Assembly (NCBI GenBank): GCA_050298055.1
Contig: JBNKTL010000014.1
Location: 73,197-93,667 of the forward strand
DNA: 20,471 nt
Direction: 5' to 3'
Source: Spirochaetota bacterium
Lineage (GTDB): Bacteria; Spirochaetota; UBA4802; UBA5550
Each line of letters begins with the position of its first letter. The first letter of the stretch is position 1. The position numbers and the translations under genes were made by a program. The notes beneath the pieces are model-generated. The model was not told the origin of the DNA. It worked only from the letters and a program-made list of their open reading frames with translations, and did not search any database. Below are positions 16,489-20,471 of this stretch, in pieces.

Positions 16489-17701
16489 TAAGAGAAGCCT
16501 CCTCCATGAGAAGTTTTTCAAGGATATTCATACCCTCCCTGACAGTTTTCATTGTAATAACCAGAGGGGGCATGATCCTGATAACTTTTTCAGCGGTACA
16601 GTTGATCACCAGTCCGCGTTCCAGGGCCTTTTTTACAAGGGGCATTCCCGGTTTGTTGAGTTCTATGCCGATATGAAGTCCCATCCCTCTGACTTCATTA
16701 ATGAAATCCACGTGAGAGGAAATTTTAATCAACTGTTTTCTGATATATTCACCGGTCTTCCTGACATTATTCAGCAGGCTGTTTTTTCTGACCTCTTTCA
16801 GTACTGCTTCTATTGCTGCGGAAGCAAGATGGTTTCCGCCAAATGTGCTCCCGTGTGTTCCGGCACTGAGAAAGTCGGAAAAGTATTTTTTTGCATGAAG
16901 TATACCTGCGGGAAGACCTCCCGCGATTCCCTTTGCGAGGGTTATCATGTCGGGTACAACATTGTATTGCTGGAAACAGAAAACGGACCCTGTTCTTCCG
17001 ATACCTGTTTGTACTTCATCAACGATAGTTATGATCTCATTCTTATTACAGAGGCTGAAGAGTTCTTCAACAAATGCTTTCTGGGCAATATTGATACCCC
17101 CTTCACCCTGTACAAGCTCTATCATGACCGCAGCAATATTTTTGTTTTTCTTTACCTGGCTTTTAAAAGATTTAATATCATTAAATTTCAGGTATCTGAA
17201 TCCCGACGGCAGCGGACCGTAACCGGAGTGTATCTTTTCCTGGGCTGTTGCAGTCATACTCCCCATGGTTCTTCCATGAAAGGAGTTTTCAAAAGTAATG
17301 ATCTCGTATCTTTTCTTGGAGAGACTGAGCCCATATTTTCTCGCCAGCTTGATAGCCGCTTCATTTGCTTCTGTGCCGCTGTTGACAAAGAGTGTTCTTC
17401 CGGGAAAAGCAAGTTCAGATACCTGTTTTGCAGCATTAATCTGTTCCCTGTTCAGGTACCAGTTAGATGAATGGATAATATCCCCGGCCTGTCCGCTGAT
17501 AGCTTTCAACAGCTGTTTATTGCTGTAACCGAGGTTGGAGACAGCAATACCGGAGAAGAAGTCAACATACTTCCTGTTGTCCTGATCGTATAGACAGGAA
17601 TTTTCACCCCGCGTAAAACAGACCGGCAGTCTTTCGCCGTAATTCTGAAAGAGATATTCTCTGTCTTCACCAATAATTTTTTTCAGTTGTTTTGATGCCA
17701 C
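16469..17701 (-). CDS. argD: Acetylornithine aminotransferase (class III PLP-dependent)
   Basis: NSGTEANEAAIKLAR, SFHGRT, QGEGG, DEVQTG, TLAKG (PLP lysine), HGSTFGGN; GTG start; coupled to argF. Confidence 0.95.
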   Translation of the reverse strand: MASKQLKKIIGEDREYLFQNYGERLPVCFTRGENSCLYDQDNRKYVDFFSGIAVSNLGYSNKQLLKAISGQAGDIIHSSNWYLNREQINAAKQVSELAFPGRTLFVNSGTEANEAAIKLARKYGLSLSKKRYEIITFENSFHGRTMGSMTATAQEKIHSGYGPLPSGFRYLKFNDIKSFKSQVKKNKNIAAVMIELVQGEGGINIAQKAFVEELFSLCNKNEIITIVDEVQTGIGRTGSVFCFQQYNVVPDMITLAKGIAGGLPAGILHAKKYFSDFLSAGTHGSTFGGNHLASAAIEAVLKEVRKNSLLNNVRKTGEYIRKQLIKISSHVDFINEVRGMGLHIGIELNKPGMPLVKKALERGLVINCTAEKVIRIMPPLVITMKTVREGMNILEKLLMEEASLNENPEA

Positions 17702-17718
17702 TTTATTTACTCGTCCGG

Positions 17719-17750
17719 AAAAAATAAAAAATCGGGAAGAATCCCGATTT
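17719..17750 (-). terminator. Terminator-like hairpin between the outer-membrane-type gene and argD
   Basis: Minus strand: AAATCGGGA-TTCT-TCCCGATTT followed by TTTATTTTTT. Confidence 0.55.
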
Positions 17751-17825
17751 CAGAAAGAATACATGTAATTTAATGGTAAAATATTTGTCAATAATATTTC
17801 ATAACTTTTTTTATAATGTTATCTG

Positions 17826-18980
17826 CTAGATATTATATCCCGCACCTGCATATACCGTATACATATCAAGGGGACCGTCGCTTTTGAAAGAAGATCCGAA
17901 ATCACCACCACTGTAAAAGATCCTTTTAAAGTATGAGCCAAATCTCACGTGGAGCTTCCCGAGATCAAAGAAAACGGAGACTCCGCCCCGAACTGTGGCA
18001 TCCTTTGATTTATAAATATTATCCGGTGGTTTTGGGAAGTCATCCATTGAGGGAGTCGTATATTCATACATCTTGCTTATAGCGGCTCCCCCTCCGAGAT
18101 TTAACGCAACACCAAAGTATCGGGAAAACCTTACGGGGAACATGAGGTCCAGATATATCTCCCAGACCAGTAATTCATTGTAATAAGTTGACTCTTTGTC
18201 CCTGTTATCGGTTGCCATATATTCAGCTCCTGTTGAGACACTGAAGTGTTTAAACAGGTTAAGCTGGATGTATGAGTTCACAGAATCCGCATCGTTTAAC
18301 CTATCGGACCAGTCTCCTGTAAGGCGGGCCTGCCCGGCATCTATTCCAAATGTGATGATACTCAATCCGCGGTAGAATGCGAGGTATGGCGAAGGTGCAT
18401 ATCTTACCCTGTTCCTGGCAAGAGAACTGATTATACTTTCATTGATATTCAGCGCAAGTGAATCTATTGTGTCTTTTAATATTACTCCCGATTCCATGCT
18501 CTTCTTGTTTATATATTCGAACTCGCGTCCCCTGTCATCATAAATCTGGAGGTCGATAATAAGGGTATTTTCACTTATTTCACATGCACCGGTGATGAGA
18601 TAATCGGCGCCTGAGGTCTTTGCCAGTTTGTGCAGCCGGGCAGTGTATGCGTTTTTCTCTTTGGTGTCTGGTATATCCCTCTTGAAAATCTGAACTTCCT
18701 GTTTGTGTTCAACATCATAGCTGCCATACTCCCGCAGGTTCCTTGCAACGGAGAAGGGCACTATCCCTGAGTAATACCTGAACTTTTCACTTTTCTCTTT
18801 TATGTTCAGGTTATAGATAACAATTTTCGTTTTTGACTGCTTCTCAATGTTCTTCTTTTCCGGGGCAGCAAATAATGAACCCGGATGGTATAAACAAATA
18901 GTCATGAGAAAGAATGCAGAGAGGAGAAGTCTGTTTTTAAAGAATTGAATGTTCATAAATATTTTGCGATTTCTGAGCAT
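17826..18980 (-). CDS. Exported protein with an N-terminal TolB-N/CsgG-like domain and a probable C-terminal outer-membrane beta-barrel
   Basis: Signal peptide (…PGSLFA-A); LAKTSGADYLITG…IIDLQIYD resembles TolB-N/CsgG/FlgO folds; the C-terminal half has alternating amphipathic strands and ends YTVYAGAGYNI. Alternative start at 18956. Confidence 0.7.
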   Translation of the reverse strand: MLRNRKIFMNIQFFKNRLLLSAFFLMTICLYHPGSLFAAPEKKNIEKQSKTKIVIYNLNIKEKSEKFRYYSGIVPFSVARNLREYGSYDVEHKQEVQIFKRDIPDTKEKNAYTARLHKLAKTSGADYLITGACEISENTLIIDLQIYDDRGREFEYINKKSMESGVILKDTIDSLALNINESIISSLARNRVRYAPSPYLAFYRGLSIITFGIDAGQARLTGDWSDRLNDADSVNSYIQLNLFKHFSVSTGAEYMATDNRDKESTYYNELLVWEIYLDLMFPVRFSRYFGVALNLGGGAAISKMYEYTTPSMDDFPKPPDNIYKSKDATVRGGVSVFFDLGKLHVRFGSYFKRIFYSGGDFGSSFKSDGPLDMYTVYAGAGYNI

Positions 18981-18987
18981 TTTACCT

Positions 18988-19015
18988 ATTGTAATATGTT
19001 ATTTTTTTATGTCAA
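18988..19015 (-). promoter_or_regulatory. Near-consensus sigma70 promoter for 17826..18980
   Basis: Minus strand TTGACA (19015-19010), 16-nt spacer, TACAAT (18993-18988). Confidence 0.6.
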
Positions 19016-19053
19016 CCATAGATATTATTTTTATTAATGTGAATCTTTTCGTA

Positions 19054-20244
19054 TCATGTTGTATACTCGGCATTTATTTTTACATAATCATACGTGAGAT
19101 CCGAAGTCAGCATATGGGCACCGCTTTCACCCAATCCGAAATCAACGGTTACGGTAAACCTTTCCTGTTTCATGACCCTGTTCATCTCATCAACGGGGAA
19201 AGTAACCGGTTTTCCCGTTATATAGAGAGGAAGATCATCAAAATATATGGAGAGTTTTTTTTCATCTATTTCAGCGCCGGAGTAACCGGCTGCCATTGCA
19301 ATACGGCCCCAGTTGGGATCGTTTCCAAAAAAAGCTGTTTTTACCAGAACTGATTCTGCTATTGCCCGGGCCGCCTTCCGGGCATCTTCGCCGTTTGCCG
19401 CATTCTTAATATCGATCCGGACAACCTTTGTTCCGCCCTCCGCATCATCCACAAGCATCTCTGCCAAACTGTACATGACACTGTAAAGGGCCTCATTGAA
19501 GCTCTCCAGGTCGCTCTTCTTTTCAAGAGAACTCTTTCCGTCAGGTGACAGGAGTATGGCGGTATCATTCGTAGACATATCACCGTCTATACTGATTGAA
19601 TTGAGTGTTTCCTCTACCACTGATCTGAAGATTTTTACAAGTTGTTCCCTTTTTACAGGAGTGTCCGTCATGGCAAAGGAGAGCATGGTTGCCATATCAG
19701 GTGCTATCATGCCGGAACCTTTGGCTGTGCCCGCAATCACATACTCACCCATGGCAGTTTCAAATGAAACAGAGCAGCTTTTCGGATAGGTGTCGGTTGT
19801 CATGATTGCCCGGGGCACCAGGCTGCCCTTATCCCGTGAGAGTCCCGATACCAGTTCTTCATGAAAATTCATCATTTTTTCCCGGGGAAGCTGGCGGCCG
19901 ATAATACCTGTCGATGACATTAACACTGATTCTTCAGGTACTTTGAGTTTTGATGCAATATCGGCAGTCAGGGAGACAGAATTCATGTAACCTTCATCAC
20001 CGGTGCAGGTATTTGCGTTGGTTGAATTCACAAGTATTGCCTTTATGGGGTTCTCAATTCTCTGCCGTGACAGGCGGACTGCAGGAGAGACGATCCTGTT
20101 TTTTGTAAACATTCCCGCTGCATTGCAGAAATGATCAGCAGTAATGAGGGTATAATCAAGCCTGTTCTCATACCTGATCCCCGCTTCAACCGCTGAAAAT
20201 CTGTAACCCGGAACATTTTCCAGTCCGCCATCAAGCTTTTTCAT
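19054..20244 (-). CDS. argJ: Ornithine acetyltransferase / glutamate N-acetyltransferase (ArgJ)
   Basis: SSTGIIG, AIMTTDT, KGSGMIAPDMATML (autocleavage Thr), DGDMSTNDT, DPNWGRI, YVKINAEYTT. Start moved to 20244 (MKKLDGG), which has AGGAG upstream. Confidence 0.97.
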   Translation of the reverse strand: MKKLDGGLENVPGYRFSAVEAGIRYENRLDYTLITADHFCNAAGMFTKNRIVSPAVRLSRQRIENPIKAILVNSTNANTCTGDEGYMNSVSLTADIASKLKVPEESVLMSSTGIIGRQLPREKMMNFHEELVSGLSRDKGSLVPRAIMTTDTYPKSCSVSFETAMGEYVIAGTAKGSGMIAPDMATMLSFAMTDTPVKREQLVKIFRSVVEETLNSISIDGDMSTNDTAILLSPDGKSSLEKKSDLESFNEALYSVMYSLAEMLVDDAEGGTKVVRIDIKNAANGEDARKAARAIAESVLVKTAFFGNDPNWGRIAMAAGYSGAEIDEKKLSIYFDDLPLYITGKPVTFPVDEMNRVMKQERFTVTVDFGLGESGAHMLTSDLTYDYVKINAEYTT

Positions 20245-20394
20245 CTTCCCGCTCCTCTTAATATATATTCCGCGATATATAAACCGGGTAAACTTTTTTG
20301 TAAAGAAAATTACATAATAATTCCTTAACAGAATTTGCAATTATTTCTTTCACTACAACTTTATTTAATATCTCACCAGAGCCCCCCATCCCCC

Positions 20395-20471
20395 TGTATA
20401 GACCGGAAACATAGGTTACACATGTTCGGAGACATGGGTTACACTTTCATTATCCTTAAATCGATCCTTTT
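20395..20471 (+). mobile_element. Probable terminal end of an IS481-family insertion sequence, truncated by the window edge
   Basis: TGT terminus at 20395 followed by two 18-bp direct repeats at 23-bp period: CGGAAACATAGGTTACAC (20404-20421) and CGGAGACATGGGTTACAC (20427-20444). This layout resembles IS481-family ends. No transposase is visible in the window. Confidence 0.65.

Noticed and set aside
16463..17470. 335-aa plus-strand ORF
   Set aside because: Lies antisense to the clearly conserved argD, has no RBS or motif and reads like a shadow ORF.
20245..20340. 32-aa N-terminal extension of ArgJ in the ORF track
   Set aside because: AT-rich promoter-like DNA; the SD and ArgJ similarity begin at the ATG at 20244.
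20245..20394. ArgR (ARG box) operators upstream of argJ
   Set aside because: No convincing match to the TGAATAWWWATTCA-type palindrome by eye here or before argD/argG; the AT-rich background gives only weak partial hits.
20404..20444. Possible CRISPR array
   Set aside because: Only two 18-bp repeats with a 5-nt gap, too short for repeat-spacer units; no cas genes in the window.

Overview
Window from an AT-rich bacterium, probably a Spirochaetota lineage related to Leptospirales (inferred from the spirochaete-type lipoboxes and a LipL45-like FecR lipoprotein; not verified). Left part: a 5'-truncated unknown CDS, a stand-alone PDZ lipoprotein, an unannotated 31-aa membrane peptide ORF, a FecR/PEGA/PQQ-propeller lipoprotein, and a minus-strand pair (819-aa membrane protein with a LysM-like C-terminus, 195-aa hypothetical). 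Middle: an Asp-box propeller/FN3-like membrane protein, an exported TPR protein and a HAMP-SpoIIE (PP2C) phosphatase, converging on a STAS anti-anti-sigma factor. Right part: argJ, an unrelated outer-membrane-type gene with its own promoter, then argD-argF and argG, with a probable IS481-family end at the window edge. The most distinctive signals are non-coding: (i) a 138-bp MITE with perfect 12-bp IS66-type (GTAA) terminal repeats and a degenerate inverted second copy, together flanking the Asp-box gene; (ii) three GC-rich GNA-triloop hairpins showing compensatory base changes; (iii) a 164-bp nested palindrome built from 8-bp ACAGGAT units between argF and argG. No rRNA, tRNA or CRISPR array was seen. 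All domain calls are by eye, without database searches.
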